Notes: generated from the letters alone by a model not told the origin. Shown: positions 42,004 to 50,994, numbered from the stretch's first letter. The stretch is DNA of 64,000 nucleotides from Thermoplasmata archaeon (GCA_036395115.1 DASWDU010000001.1:558-64557); one strand, 5' to 3'. Numbers and translations: made by a program.

Positions 42004-42621
42004 TCATGCGACCTTACCGACTCGCGATGGCCCGGCACTACGTTGCGGAATTTCGCACCGGTCCTTGAATCCCTGGCCAGCAATCCCCAGTGCTGAATTG
42101 AATCGAGACCGCACGTTCTCCACGCACACAACCATCGTAAGCTCGACCAGTTGGCCCTCATCCAGGTGCTCCCGCAGTTTGTTGACGAGTTCGTCGCTGA
42201 CCGTGGGTGGCGTCTCGGTCATCGCTTCGGCATACTCCATGACCAGCCGCTCAAGAGGACTGAAGAGCTTGCTGGTCCTCCACTTTGGAACCGCTTCGAT
42301 CTTGTCCCGGGCGACGCCTTGCGTGTGCATGATCCAGTAGCCGAAGTCCAAGCACCACGGACAGCCGATCTTGGTGACGGTAGCGAAGTCGGCCAAGTTC
42401 TGCAGCTTCACATCCAAGCTGCGCCACTTGACGACGCTTTGCTCCAATTTGCCATAGGCCATTGCCACCTTCATGTTGTGGCCCATCGCCCGAAACGGGT
42501 CCAAGTCCGTCCCAAACTTCCGTCGCATGAACCAGTTGGCAATCCTAAACGAAAGTGTCGGGGGCGGATTGAGTGAGATGCGTGCCATTTTCAGTAGCCG
42601 CGGGAGCACCCTGCGGTGCAT
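42004..42621 (-). CDS. Carboxymuconolactone decarboxylase / AhpD-like family protein
   Basis: This is the tail of ORF 42004..43461. The start is ATG 42621 or 42588. IGCPWCLDFGYW is the CxxC of AhpD-like proteins, followed by LVELTMVVCVENVRSRFN. Confidence 0.8.
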   Translation of the reverse strand: MHRRVLPRLLKMARISLNPPPTLSFRIANWFMRRKFGTDLDPFRAMGHNMKVAMAYGKLEQSVVKWRSLDVKLQNLADFATVTKIGCPWCLDFGYWIMHTQGVARDKIEAVPKWRTSKLFSPLERLVMEYAEAMTETPPTVSDELVNKLREHLDEGQLVELTMVVCVENVRSRFNSALGIAGQGFKDRCEIPQRSAGPSRVGKVA

Positions 42622-42636
42622 ACTTAAGGAACCGTT

Positions 42637-42653
42637 AACTAACATGGTTAGTT
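42637..42653. promoter_or_regulatory. 17-bp palindrome AACTAAC-ATG-GTTAGTT between the divergent CMD and TrmB genes (candidate operator)
   Basis: Read directly from the sequence; the 7-bp arms are perfectly complementary. It ends 4 nt before the TrmB ATG (42658) and starts 15 nt from CMD ATG 42621. Confidence 0.55.
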
Positions 42654-42657
42654 CAGT

Positions 42658-43473
42658 ATGGCCGAACCGCTTGCCCCGGACACTCTCGCGACGTTGCGCC
42701 GCCTTGGGATGACCGAATACGAGGTCCGCGCCTACCACGCGTTGCTGGTTCTCGGCCGCGGAGACGGGGCAAGCGTTTCGCGAGCCAGTGGCGTTCCGCC
42801 GACGCGAGTCCATTCGGTCCTCAAGGAGTTGCACCGGAAGGACTGGACGACGACCCCGGAGGTGGGCCGGCCAGTGGTTTACGTTCCCCGGCCCCCGCGC
42901 GAGCGTTTGACGGTTGAATGGATGGAGGCTACGCGGAGCCAGGAGAAGGCCGCCACCGAACTCGATTTGGCTTACAGCGGACGAAGCATGGTCGCTTCCT
43001 CTCCCGTCTGGTTCATCCGCGGCGAAGATGCCATTGCCCAGCGGTTCATGGGAGTGCTGGACTCGGCCCGTAAGCAGGTGACGGTCACGTATCCATTCAC
43101 TCTGACCTCTGACGAACCAGAATTCTTTCGCGCGCTCGCCAAGTGCGCGCGCCACGGACGGCGCGTTCGAATGATTGTATCGCCTGACCTCTCGATTGAC
43201 ACCGCCGTGGACCCGTGGTTGCAATTGGTCAAAGCAGGGGTTGAACTTCGCTTGCTTCGTACCCCCTTTCGCCTCATCCACGCAGACTTCGAGACTTCCC
43301 TTGTCATTCCTCCTTGGAGGACCCGGGAAGAGATGTTGGCAATCTGGAATCCGCTGCGCGATTTCGTTAGGCTTCTTGCACCTGCCTACGAGCTCGCCTG
43401 GGAGCAGGCGGAACCGCTCCTCCAAACATCTTCGCGCGCCACGGCCAAAAAGAAACCTCATGGAGCCACCTGA
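42658..43473 (+). CDS. TrmB-family transcription regulator
   Basis: The N-terminal wHTH reads LRRLGMTEYEVRAYHALLVLGRGDGASVSRASGVPPTRVHSVLKELHRKDW, with a TrmB-type C-terminal domain. Confidence 0.8.
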   Translation: MAEPLAPDTLATLRRLGMTEYEVRAYHALLVLGRGDGASVSRASGVPPTRVHSVLKELHRKDWTTTPEVGRPVVYVPRPPRERLTVEWMEATRSQEKAATELDLAYSGRSMVASSPVWFIRGEDAIAQRFMGVLDSARKQVTVTYPFTLTSDEPEFFRALAKCARHGRRVRMIVSPDLSIDTAVDPWLQLVKAGVELRLLRTPFRLIHADFETSLVIPPWRTREEMLAIWNPLRDFVRLLAPAYELAWEQAEPLLQTSSRATAKKKPHGAT

Positions 43474-43811
43474 CGTGGCGCCTCCTTAGGCGTTGCGCGG
43501 CTCCGGAACCGATTATGAAGTTCCTCCAGTGAAACCCAGGACTCGCGACGCAGAATCTCGACGCCGCCGGCGAAATCCGCCTCGATGCCTTGCTCCAGTT
43601 CGAGATAGACCAGGCGCGTGAGGTTGCAGGCGATGCACATGCACAGGATTTCGCTGCGCTGCGCCTCGGCGCTCTTGCTGTAGATCTGGTCGCCCAGGAT
43701 TGCCTTGAAGGCGTGGTTGCCGGTCTCGGCGTTGTTGCGCCGGTTCGCCCTCGCCGCAAAGCCCTCCGGGTCAAGGCGGCTTTCCTCCCTGGTGCGGCCG
43801 TGGCGGCAGTC
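43458..43811 (-). pseudogene. 5'-truncated DDE transposase remnant (IS4/IS5-like C-terminal region)
   Basis: A 118-codon open frame with no start reads ...RLDPEGFAARANRRNNAETGNHAFKAILGDQIYSKSAEAQRSEILCMCIACNLTRLVYLE... It contains the R-x3-E-x6-K signature of the third catalytic region. Only the last 60 codons appear in the ORF track. Confidence 0.55.
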
Positions 43812-44024
43812 CTATCCGTCATGGAACCGGGTAGTTTGCCTGCATGGCAAAGAGGATTCTGGTGACGTGACTGAAAGTTTGGTTTTTCCCCTACAAGATC
43901 AGAGAAGAACCTGAAAAACGGGCACCCGAAACAGAGGGGTGCAGAGGGGGGTCATAGGTCCTTCAAAAAGGCAGGCCGCACGAGGACTCTCCTTAAGGCG
44001 GAAAGGCCGTAGCCAGGGGCTGAA

Positions 44025-44261
44025 ATGGCCCGCCGGGAAGTGCAACCGCGACTGGTGGACGGGCGAAACCGCGTGGCCCTCACGCGCGACGTGCGGCGGG
44101 CGCTCGACGTGGGGCCGGGCGACTACGTGACGTTCCGCGTGGTCGACGGCCAGGTCTTGCTCTACCGCATGGAGTTGCGGGTCGTTCCCAGGCGCCCGCC
44201 AGGAGCCCCAACTCCCACCGCGTCGCCGCCTCGCGTGCCCGCCCCTTTATCCGCCGGATAA
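44025..44261 (+). CDS. AbrB/MazE/SpoVT-type DNA-binding protein (orphan, no adjacent toxin)
   Basis: The swapped-hairpin barrel pattern is VDGRNRVALTRDVRRALDVGPGDYVTFRVVDGQVLLYRME. A Pro-rich tail follows. Confidence 0.7.
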   Translation: MARREVQPRLVDGRNRVALTRDVRRALDVGPGDYVTFRVVDGQVLLYRMELRVVPRRPPGAPTPTASPPRVPAPLSAG

Positions 44262-44263
44262 GG

Positions 44264-44326
44264 GAACTCCGCCCGTGGAACACCGTCCTGGGCCCGTGGA
44301 ACATTTACCGGGCCGTGGAACGCACC
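44264..44326 (+). repeat. Three tandem 21-bp repeats, each containing CCGTGGAAC. The last one contains the right copy of the 14-bp inverted repeat.
   Basis: GAACTCCGCCCGTGGAACACC, GTCCTGGGCCCGTGGAACATT and TACCGGGCCGTGGAACGCACC. They fill the whole spacer between the abrB-like stop (44261) and the lysK stop (44327). Confidence 0.75.
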
Positions 44327-45892
44327 CTAGTTAGCGGCCTCGCGCAGCCGACGTAACACCCAGTCTTTCTCCAGGACGGCGAGGAACGGCGCGGCGCGCG
44401 GCCCACGCTCGCTCCCCAGCAGGACGAGATAGAGATCGCGAAAGAAACGGCTCGTCTCGACCGGTAGGCCACCGCCCTTTGTCAGCGAGACCATCGACTC
44501 CTTGATCGCATCCTCGGTCCACGCGGCGTGGGTGGCCTTCTCCGCATATGCGCGGAGAGCGGACCGATCGCGATCGTCGAGCTGCGCGGCGACCTCCGGG
44601 GTCAGCGCCTCGAGCAGGGTGACACGGTTCTCACTCGCGTACTTCTCGACCCAAACGCGCGCCTGCTCGATCCGACGGGCAATCCGCGCGCGTTCGAACG
44701 CCGTCGGCGCGCGGGCCAGCATTCCTGTGTCGCGCATCCGATTCAGACACCACTCGAGCCGCCCCTTCTCCGGGCTGATCTGGGACAGGAACGCCGCATG
44801 ACGGTACGAAAGCGCGAACGGCTTCCGTTTCGGCGGCGACGCGAGCTGAGCCAGCTCATAGGCGCGCGCTTGGTCGTCCTCGTCCCCCTTTCGCTCGGCC
44901 GCGTACGAGGCTCCCTCCGCCCGGTCGTACGCATCGTGGTACGCGTCGATGCGCGAGAGGTCCAGAACGATTCGGCGAAAGATCGGCGTGAAGGCGTAGG
45001 CGTACCGCAGGACCTCCGGGTCGCCGACCTCCACCCATTGCGTCGGCGTGAAGCCGAGGAAATCCGAGGAGCCCATGTCCCCCAAGTCCTTCCCACGGTC
45101 CGCGATCCCGACCCACTCGTAGGGGACGCCCATCGGCGGACGGAAATGCATCACCGTCTCGGCGATCTCCTTGCACGAATCGCGGGATCCGCCCGGGGTC
45201 GCGTGGTCCTTGCCGAACGGTTCGATGTCAACCCGGTAGACCTTCCAGAGCGCCGGCCACTCGAGCCTCCAGTTCAACTTGCCCTTTTCGATCGATGACG
45301 TCCCTTCGTGCCCGCACCGCTCGCAGCGGTACGTCGCCGTCGTGCCGGCGATTCCAAGAGTCTTCGCCCCGATCGTCGTGCAATGCTCGCAGAACGCCTC
45401 GAACGGGATCCAGCCTTCCGGGTACGGCCGCCGGGCGCGGTACTTGTTCACGACGGCCCGCACCGCCTCGGCGCGGGACGCGAGATCCCGGACGAGAGCC
45501 TGCATCTCCGGATGCTGGTACGCCTCCGTCGTCGTGACGATCCGAACGTTGGGCGCGAAGCGGTCGAGGACGCCTCCGAAATCCTGCCAGTAATGGTCGA
45601 CCCAGTTCTTGTGGCAACCGAACGGGTCCGGCACGTCGATGAGCCGCCGACCAATGTACGCCCGTCCGTCTTCGCGGGCAAACTGCGCGACCTGCGCCGG
45701 CTTCGCCTTCCATTCGTCCTGCGTGTACAGGACGAGGCTCTGGAGCGAATCGCGGCCGATCTCGCGGAGGCTGCGCGCCAAGAACTGGCTGAGGGTGATC
45801 TCTCCTCGCAGTCGGCCAACGTGCTGGAGGCCGCTGACGCTCAAGCCCGCGTTGATGATCAAGTCGCCCTTCTCGCCGACGAACGCCTTCAC
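44327..45892 (-). CDS. lysK: Class I lysyl-tRNA synthetase
   Basis: 521 aa. HVGRLRGEI is the HIGH-type motif region. The central zinc motif is CEHC..YRCERCGHEG. The overall layout is that of archaeal class I LysRS. Confidence 0.93.
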   Translation of the reverse strand: MKAFVGEKGDLIINAGLSVSGLQHVGRLRGEITLSQFLARSLREIGRDSLQSLVLYTQDEWKAKPAQVAQFAREDGRAYIGRRLIDVPDPFGCHKNWVDHYWQDFGGVLDRFAPNVRIVTTTEAYQHPEMQALVRDLASRAEAVRAVVNKYRARRPYPEGWIPFEAFCEHCTTIGAKTLGIAGTTATYRCERCGHEGTSSIEKGKLNWRLEWPALWKVYRVDIEPFGKDHATPGGSRDSCKEIAETVMHFRPPMGVPYEWVGIADRGKDLGDMGSSDFLGFTPTQWVEVGDPEVLRYAYAFTPIFRRIVLDLSRIDAYHDAYDRAEGASYAAERKGDEDDQARAYELAQLASPPKRKPFALSYRHAAFLSQISPEKGRLEWCLNRMRDTGMLARAPTAFERARIARRIEQARVWVEKYASENRVTLLEALTPEVAAQLDDRDRSALRAYAEKATHAAWTEDAIKESMVSLTKGGGLPVETSRFFRDLYLVLLGSERGPRAAPFLAVLEKDWVLRRLREAAN

Positions 45893-45960
45893 CTGGACGA
45901 AGAGATCATCGTACCAGTGCGTCAGCTGGGGTCACCGGTCGCGCAGATGGGACGACGGGC

Positions 45961-46188
45961 CTATAGCCTTACGGGCTCGCGCGACACCAACCAGATCAGC
46001 CCGACGAGCGCCGCGACACCGGGGAGGGCCAGCATCCACTCGAATCCGCCCGATCTCCCACGAAAGACGTACAGGAGTTCGAGCATCAGCCCGAGGAGGA
46101 ACAAGGTCACGGCAAATTCGATGAAAGCCCGGTCTTGGCTCTTGCGGGACTTCCGCCTGCGTTGCGGCATCCACGCGGCCATGGACAA
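45961..46188 (-). CDS. Small hypothetical membrane protein
   Basis: 75-aa ORF with a basic N-terminus followed by two hydrophobic helices. Confidence 0.4.
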   Translation of the reverse strand: MSMAAWMPQRRRKSRKSQDRAFIEFAVTLFLLGLMLELLYVFRGRSGGFEWMLALPGVAALVGLIWLVSREPVRL

Positions 46189-46268
46189 CCTTAGTCCCTT
46201 TCCCCCTACTTAACCGTTGCGTGTTTCGCGCGAGCACCATGGGCCGTTCGCGGGCCCTCGCGCGCAAA

Positions 46269-46862
46269 TCAGATCGACCGTGCCCGAATCAGTGCCCGAA
46301 GCGGCACGCCCGCCAGGTCGTCGTACGCCGTCTTGTTCACGAGGACGACCGCGAGGACCGCCGTCCCTCCGATCTCGTGAACGTCGCCAATCGCGGCCTT
46401 CACCGTGTCGCCCGTCGAGACGACGTCGTCGACGATGACGACCTTCTTCCCCTGGGGGGACGCGTAGTTCGAGGAGAACGCGCCGCCTTTGCCGTGGCGC
46501 TCCTGGCTCGGTCGGTAGATGATCAGTTCCTTCCCGAGTTCCTCGCTGATCAGCGATGCGAGCGGGATCCCGTTGATCGCGACGCCAAGGATCGCATCCG
46601 CGTCGACCTGCCGCTTCTCCATCTCCTCGAGGGCGATGTCCGACATCGCGGCGGCCATGAAGCCGATCCGGTTCCCATAGACGCCGACCGACCGCCAACC
46701 GATCTTCACGTCCTTCGGCGGCTCGCCGCCCTTCACGCCGCGCGTGAGGAGCCAGGTGACCGTCTCGGGCGACAAGTGCAACTCGTCCGCGATCTCCCGC
46801 TCCGCGAGGCCCTTCTCCTTGTACTCGAGGGCCTTCTTCGCGATCGCGTTGACGTCTTTCAT
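46269..46862 (-). CDS. PyrE-like HTH-phosphoribosyltransferase regulator (GfcR family)
   Basis: The N-terminal HTH reads KEKGLAEREIADELHLSPETVTWLL. The PRT domain has the PRPP loop KKVVIVDDVVSTGDT. Confidence 0.8.
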   Translation of the reverse strand: MKDVNAIAKKALEYKEKGLAEREIADELHLSPETVTWLLTRGVKGGEPPKDVKIGWRSVGVYGNRIGFMAAAMSDIALEEMEKRQVDADAILGVAINGIPLASLISEELGKELIIYRPSQERHGKGGAFSSNYASPQGKKVVIVDDVVSTGDTVKAAIGDVHEIGGTAVLAVVLVNKTAYDDLAGVPLRALIRARSI

Positions 46863-46933
46863 CCGATCCCTCGGTCCGACGCGCGCGATGCGGAGGTCTC
46901 GATATTAAGGTATCGACCGGGAGCGTCCCGCCT

Positions 46934-48592
46934 TCAGACGCCCGCCTTGCGAAGCCGCCGCAACTCCTTCGTTTTGTGCGCGAAGATCTCGCGCATGTAC
47001 TTCATCGGGAGCGACCCCGCGTACAGGATCGTGTCGTGAAAGAACTTGTCCGAGTACGCCGTCCCGAGATCCTTCTTCACGCGGGCCTGGAGTTGGACAA
47101 TCAGATGCTTCCCCAGCAGGTACGAGAGTTGGTACGCCGGCCAGTACGTGTAGCGCTTCACCTCCGCGATCGCGCCCGCCTTCTCCATCCCTGCTTCCCG
47201 CACGAGGAGCTCGACCGCCTCGCCGAACGACATGCGTCCCATGTGGAGGTCCACGTCGATCAGGATGCGGCACGCCCGCCAGATCTGGTCGAGGAGCTGG
47301 ACGAACTTCGTCTTCGGGTCCGCGCTGAACCCCGCCTGCTTCATCATGTCCTCGCAGTAGTGCGCCCAGCCCTCCACGGTCTCCGTCGCGCCGACGAGGA
47401 TCCGCGCATAGGAGGGGTTGAGGGTCGCGCACGTGAGCTGGAGGTGGTGGCCCGGGTACCCTTCGTGGACCGCCGTGTTGCGCGTGCCTGCATAGGAGTG
47501 TTCGCGCAACATCTCCGGCTTGTCCTCGATCGGCGTGACCATGTAGAACCCTTGCTTGCGCGGCTCGAATCGCGCGGGCGAGTTGTATGCCGCGAACGGG
47601 ATGATATGCCGGATGTATGTCGGCGTCTCGATGACGCTCAGTTCCTCGTTCGGCGGGATCGTCGCGAGGTCGTGCTCGCGGATGAACGCCTTGGCGTCGG
47701 CCATCGCCTTCGCCGTGTAGGCGAGCGCCTCTTCGAACCGCGCCGGATGATCGGACTTGACGATCTCCTTCGCTTCTTCGACCGACGCGCCTCGTCGAAT
47801 CTCTCCCGCGACCTGCGACAACGCTCGCTTGCTCTCCCGAAGGTACGTCTCCCCGACCGCGTAGATCTCCTCGACGGTCAGGCCGAGTTCCCGCAGGCGC
47901 ACGAGCTTACGGAACTTTGCGGCGCCGATGCCGATCCGCTCTTCCGCTCGCGGGAGGAGTTCTTTCTCGATCCACGTGGCGTATGCCTGCAGGGCGTCGT
48001 TCGTCTTCGCGACCGCCTCCCGGAGCCGCGCGCGATCCGGACCCCCGAGGACGCCCGATCCCGCGCCTTCGATCACCTGTAGAAATCCGGGCAGCCGCTG
48101 GACCGATTCGAGTCCGATCTCCGACCATATCTTCACGGGCGCGCGGATCCGGCCTTTCGTCTCCTCGATGAACGCGGGCGACTTCTCAAGCCGGGCGGTG
48201 ATGCTCTCGAGGCGCCGCGGCAAGGGCGCGAACTCGCGCATGAAGAGCGGGAAGAGGCCGTCGCCGACGCTCGGTGCGGCGTTGGGCATCGCCTGCCATA
48301 TCGCGAGTTCCTCCGATTCGAAGATCCAGAGGCGAAACGAGTTGCGGAGGACGCCGTGATCGACGCGCTTCGAGGGAGACAGCGTCTTCGGGTCGATCGC
48401 CTCGAGCCGGCGCAGGAACCCCTTGATGCGCGATCGTTCCTCGAGCTCCGCTTCGTAAGAGCCGCGCGGAAGCAGGTGATCGTATTCGTGGATCCCCACA
48501 TGGGTCGCGAAGCTCGGGTTCCACCGGATGTACCAATCGACAACCTCTTTGGCCAGGCCGTCCAGCTCTGCGTCGGACATCAGCGCGGGCAT
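46934..48592 (-). CDS. DUF885-family protein (metallopeptidase-like)
   Basis: 552 aa with HEGYPGHHLQ and a downstream EGWAHYCE, which is the DUF885 pattern. Confidence 0.85.
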   Translation of the reverse strand: MPALMSDAELDGLAKEVVDWYIRWNPSFATHVGIHEYDHLLPRGSYEAELEERSRIKGFLRRLEAIDPKTLSPSKRVDHGVLRNSFRLWIFESEELAIWQAMPNAAPSVGDGLFPLFMREFAPLPRRLESITARLEKSPAFIEETKGRIRAPVKIWSEIGLESVQRLPGFLQVIEGAGSGVLGGPDRARLREAVAKTNDALQAYATWIEKELLPRAEERIGIGAAKFRKLVRLRELGLTVEEIYAVGETYLRESKRALSQVAGEIRRGASVEEAKEIVKSDHPARFEEALAYTAKAMADAKAFIREHDLATIPPNEELSVIETPTYIRHIIPFAAYNSPARFEPRKQGFYMVTPIEDKPEMLREHSYAGTRNTAVHEGYPGHHLQLTCATLNPSYARILVGATETVEGWAHYCEDMMKQAGFSADPKTKFVQLLDQIWRACRILIDVDLHMGRMSFGEAVELLVREAGMEKAGAIAEVKRYTYWPAYQLSYLLGKHLIVQLQARVKKDLGTAYSDKFFHDTILYAGSLPMKYMREIFAHKTKELRRLRKAGV

Positions 48593-48625
48593 CGAACATC
48601 CCGGCTTAGCCTTGTCGCGTGGCCG

Positions 48626-49402
48626 TCACGCCGGCACGCGGCGGCCGCTCTTGTCGCGCCGGTAGCGGCCGAAGTCCTCGAAGCCCGCGAGTTGCTCCGC
48701 GGTGAAGATCGGGCCGTCGTAGCAGACGAGCTGGCTGTCGAGGGAGCACGCATCGCAGATGCCGATCCCGCACTTCATGTACCGTTCGAGGCTCGCCTGG
48801 ACGGCGATCCCCCGCTTCCGGCCGAGGTCCACGACGGCTTTCATCATCCTCTCCGGGCCGCACGTCAGGACCATGTCGAACGGCTCGCGGTCCATCAGTT
48901 TCTCCGCGAGGGGCGCGGCGAACCCATGGAAACCGCGCGAGCCGTCGTCCGTCGCGATATGCACCTCCCCGCTCGCGTTCGCGCGATCGACGAACAGCAG
49001 CTCCTCCGCGGTCTTCGCGCCCACCGCCGTCACGACGCGGGCGCCTTGCTGCGCGAACGCCTCGATCGCGGCGATCATCGACGCCATGCCGCTTCCGCCG
49101 CCGACCGCGAGGACTCGCTCTCCCCGGAGACGGAACGCGTTTCCGTACGGCCCGCGCACGCCGATCCGGTCCCCCGCGTTGAACGCCGCGAGCGCGTGCG
49201 TCGCGTCCCCGTAATCCCGGACGGTGATGCCCTTGACGCCGCCGAGGTAGGACAGCGCCATGGGCAGCTCGTCGTACCGCGGGATCCAGACCATCAGGAA
49301 CTGGCCCGGCTGTTCGGCGAAATCGGCTCGGAAGCGGTACGTGGTCGTCGAGGGCGTCTCCCGGACGATCTCGAGGAGGGACACGACCTGGATCCTAGGC
49401 AT
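48626..49402 (-). CDS. pyrK: Dihydroorotate dehydrogenase electron-transfer subunit
   Basis: FAD/NAD-binding fold (FLMVWIPRYDELPMALS, VGGGSGMASM). The C-terminal 2Fe-2S motif is CGIGICDACS. It overlaps pyrD by 8 nt. Confidence 0.9.
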   Translation of the reverse strand: MPRIQVVSLLEIVRETPSTTTYRFRADFAEQPGQFLMVWIPRYDELPMALSYLGGVKGITVRDYGDATHALAAFNAGDRIGVRGPYGNAFRLRGERVLAVGGGSGMASMIAAIEAFAQQGARVVTAVGAKTAEELLFVDRANASGEVHIATDDGSRGFHGFAAPLAEKLMDREPFDMVLTCGPERMMKAVVDLGRKRGIAVQASLERYMKCGIGICDACSLDSQLVCYDGPIFTAEQLAGFEDFGRYRRDKSGRRVPA

Positions 49403-50303
49403 GCGCGACCCCGATCGCCTCGGGCACCGATGCGAATCCGGCCTCCTCCAGGAGGGACGCCATTTCCTTCGCGATCGCGTCGAAGACCCCGAGGCCTTTC
49501 GAGATGATCGCGGTCCCCACCTGGACGGCGCTGGCGCCCGCCATGATGTACTCGAGGGCGTCCCGGCCGGATCCGATGCCGCCGACGCCGATGACCGGGA
49601 TGCGGACTTTCTCGCAGATGTCGTACACCGCGCGCACGCCGATCGGCCGGATGGCGGGGCCGCTGAGCCCGCCGTAGCGGTTGGCGAGGGACGGCATCTT
49701 CAACTCCGGCGTAATCGCCATCGCCTTCAGCGTGTTGATCGCGACGATTCCGTCGGCACCGCCTTCTTCGGCGGCGAGCGCGAACGTCGCGATGTCCTGG
49801 ACGTTCGGGGAGAGCTTCGGCAAGACGGGCAGCGAGACGACGTCCTTGACGGCCCGGGTGAAATCTCGCACCGCGTCCTCGTGCTGCGCGATCTCCGTCC
49901 CGAGGCCTTTCGCGTGCGGACAGGAGAAGTTGAGTTCGATCGCCTTCACCCCGTACGTCGCCATCCTCGCCGCCACGCTCGCATACTCGTCCGCGTCCTT
50001 GCCGTAGACGGAGCCGATGACGACGGCGCCGGCCGTGAGGGCGCGCCTCACCTCGTGCTCGTACTCGACGACCCCGGGATTCGGGAGGCCGACCGCGTTC
50101 AGGAGGCCCGCATCGAGTTCGACGATCGTGGGGTTCGGATAGCCTTCCCGCGGCTCGGGGCCGACGCTCTTGGTCACGACGGCGCCGGCGCCTGCCTGGT
50201 AGACGCGGGCCATCGATCCGCCGGTCTCATCGAGGAAACCGGACGCGAGCATCGTCGGGTTCCGGAGCCTTACGCCCGCGATCTCCGTCCGGAGGTCGAC
50301 CAT
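49395..50303 (-). CDS. pyrD: Dihydroorotate dehydrogenase catalytic subunit (class 1B)
   Basis: ORF 49395..50600. ATG 50303 (MVDLRTEIAGVRLRNPTMLASG) gives the normal ~300-aa PyrD. Also ELNFSCPH and IGVGGI. Confidence 0.9.
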   Translation of the reverse strand: MVDLRTEIAGVRLRNPTMLASGFLDETGGSMARVYQAGAGAVVTKSVGPEPREGYPNPTIVELDAGLLNAVGLPNPGVVEYEHEVRRALTAGAVVIGSVYGKDADEYASVAARMATYGVKAIELNFSCPHAKGLGTEIAQHEDAVRDFTRAVKDVVSLPVLPKLSPNVQDIATFALAAEEGGADGIVAINTLKAMAITPELKMPSLANRYGGLSGPAIRPIGVRAVYDICEKVRIPVIGVGGIGSGRDALEYIMAGASAVQVGTAIISKGLGVFDAIAKEMASLLEEAGFASVPEAIGVAHA

Positions 50304-50577
50304 CTTGCCGACCGAATCGACGGAACCGCTAAAGGCTTTGGGTGGGGCAATCACTGAGCCAACGGAGCGAGTGCCGCTTTCTGCCACCCTTGCTCGCGAG
50401 ATCGGCACGGCTCGAGCGTCGCTTCGTCCGGCCCTCGGAGGATTCATCACGATGTAGCGCTCTGCCTGATCCACGAGTTCCGGCGTGCCGATCAATATCC
50501 CGACGCAATCCCCGCCGCCCGAGTCCTGGGCGTCCCCTCGCACCCACTTGGAAACGCTCCGTGTGACCTTTCGCTTC

Positions 50578-50994
50578 ATGGCCTTGGTGTTGGTCGCCAC
50601 GGGAGCAGGCTACCTGTCCACGGTCGCCATAGACTTCCTTCGGGGACAGGTCGGTCCGAGAACGATAGTCGCAATCGGAGCGGCGGCTCAACTGATCGGG
50701 GGCACCCTGCTCTGGCGTCAGCCCAATCCCGTGGGGCCGGACACGGTCCGCAAGAGCTTCGCGATTGTCTTCATGGCCATCGGGTCAGGCGTCCTCACAT
50801 ATTCCCTTCAGACTTTCTTGACCTACGGCACGGATGTTCTGGGACTACTTGGCCTGTCCAGCTTGGTATTAGGATTCGTATTGCTCGTCTGGGGAACGGT
50901 TTCGGTTGTGTCCAGACGCTACGCGGCTTGGTACCAAGGAACATGGGAAAAGCAGTGGCGGCGCCGTGACGAGAAGTTGAGGCAACGCCGTTAG
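50578..50994 (+). CDS. Hypothetical membrane protein (4 TM segments)
   Basis: ORF 50485..50994. ATG 50578 (MALVLVATGAGYL). It lies in a lower-GC patch. No homology was recognised. Confidence 0.5.
   Translation: MALVLVATGAGYLSTVAIDFLRGQVGPRTIVAIGAAAQLIGGTLLWRQPNPVGPDTVRKSFAIVFMAIGSGVLTYSLQTFLTYGTDVLGLLGLSSLVLGFVLLVWGTVSVVSRRYAAWYQGTWEKQWRRRDEKLRQRR

Noticed and set aside
50304-50600. In-frame 99-codon N-terminal extension of pyrD (MATNTKAMKRK...)
   Set aside because: PyrD family proteins start at the MVDLRTEIAG-equivalent position. The extension has weaker G/C bias at third positions than real genes here and overlaps the divergent membrane-protein ORF. I treated it as 5' intergenic region. 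A regulatory RNA in this 274-bp spacer cannot be excluded.
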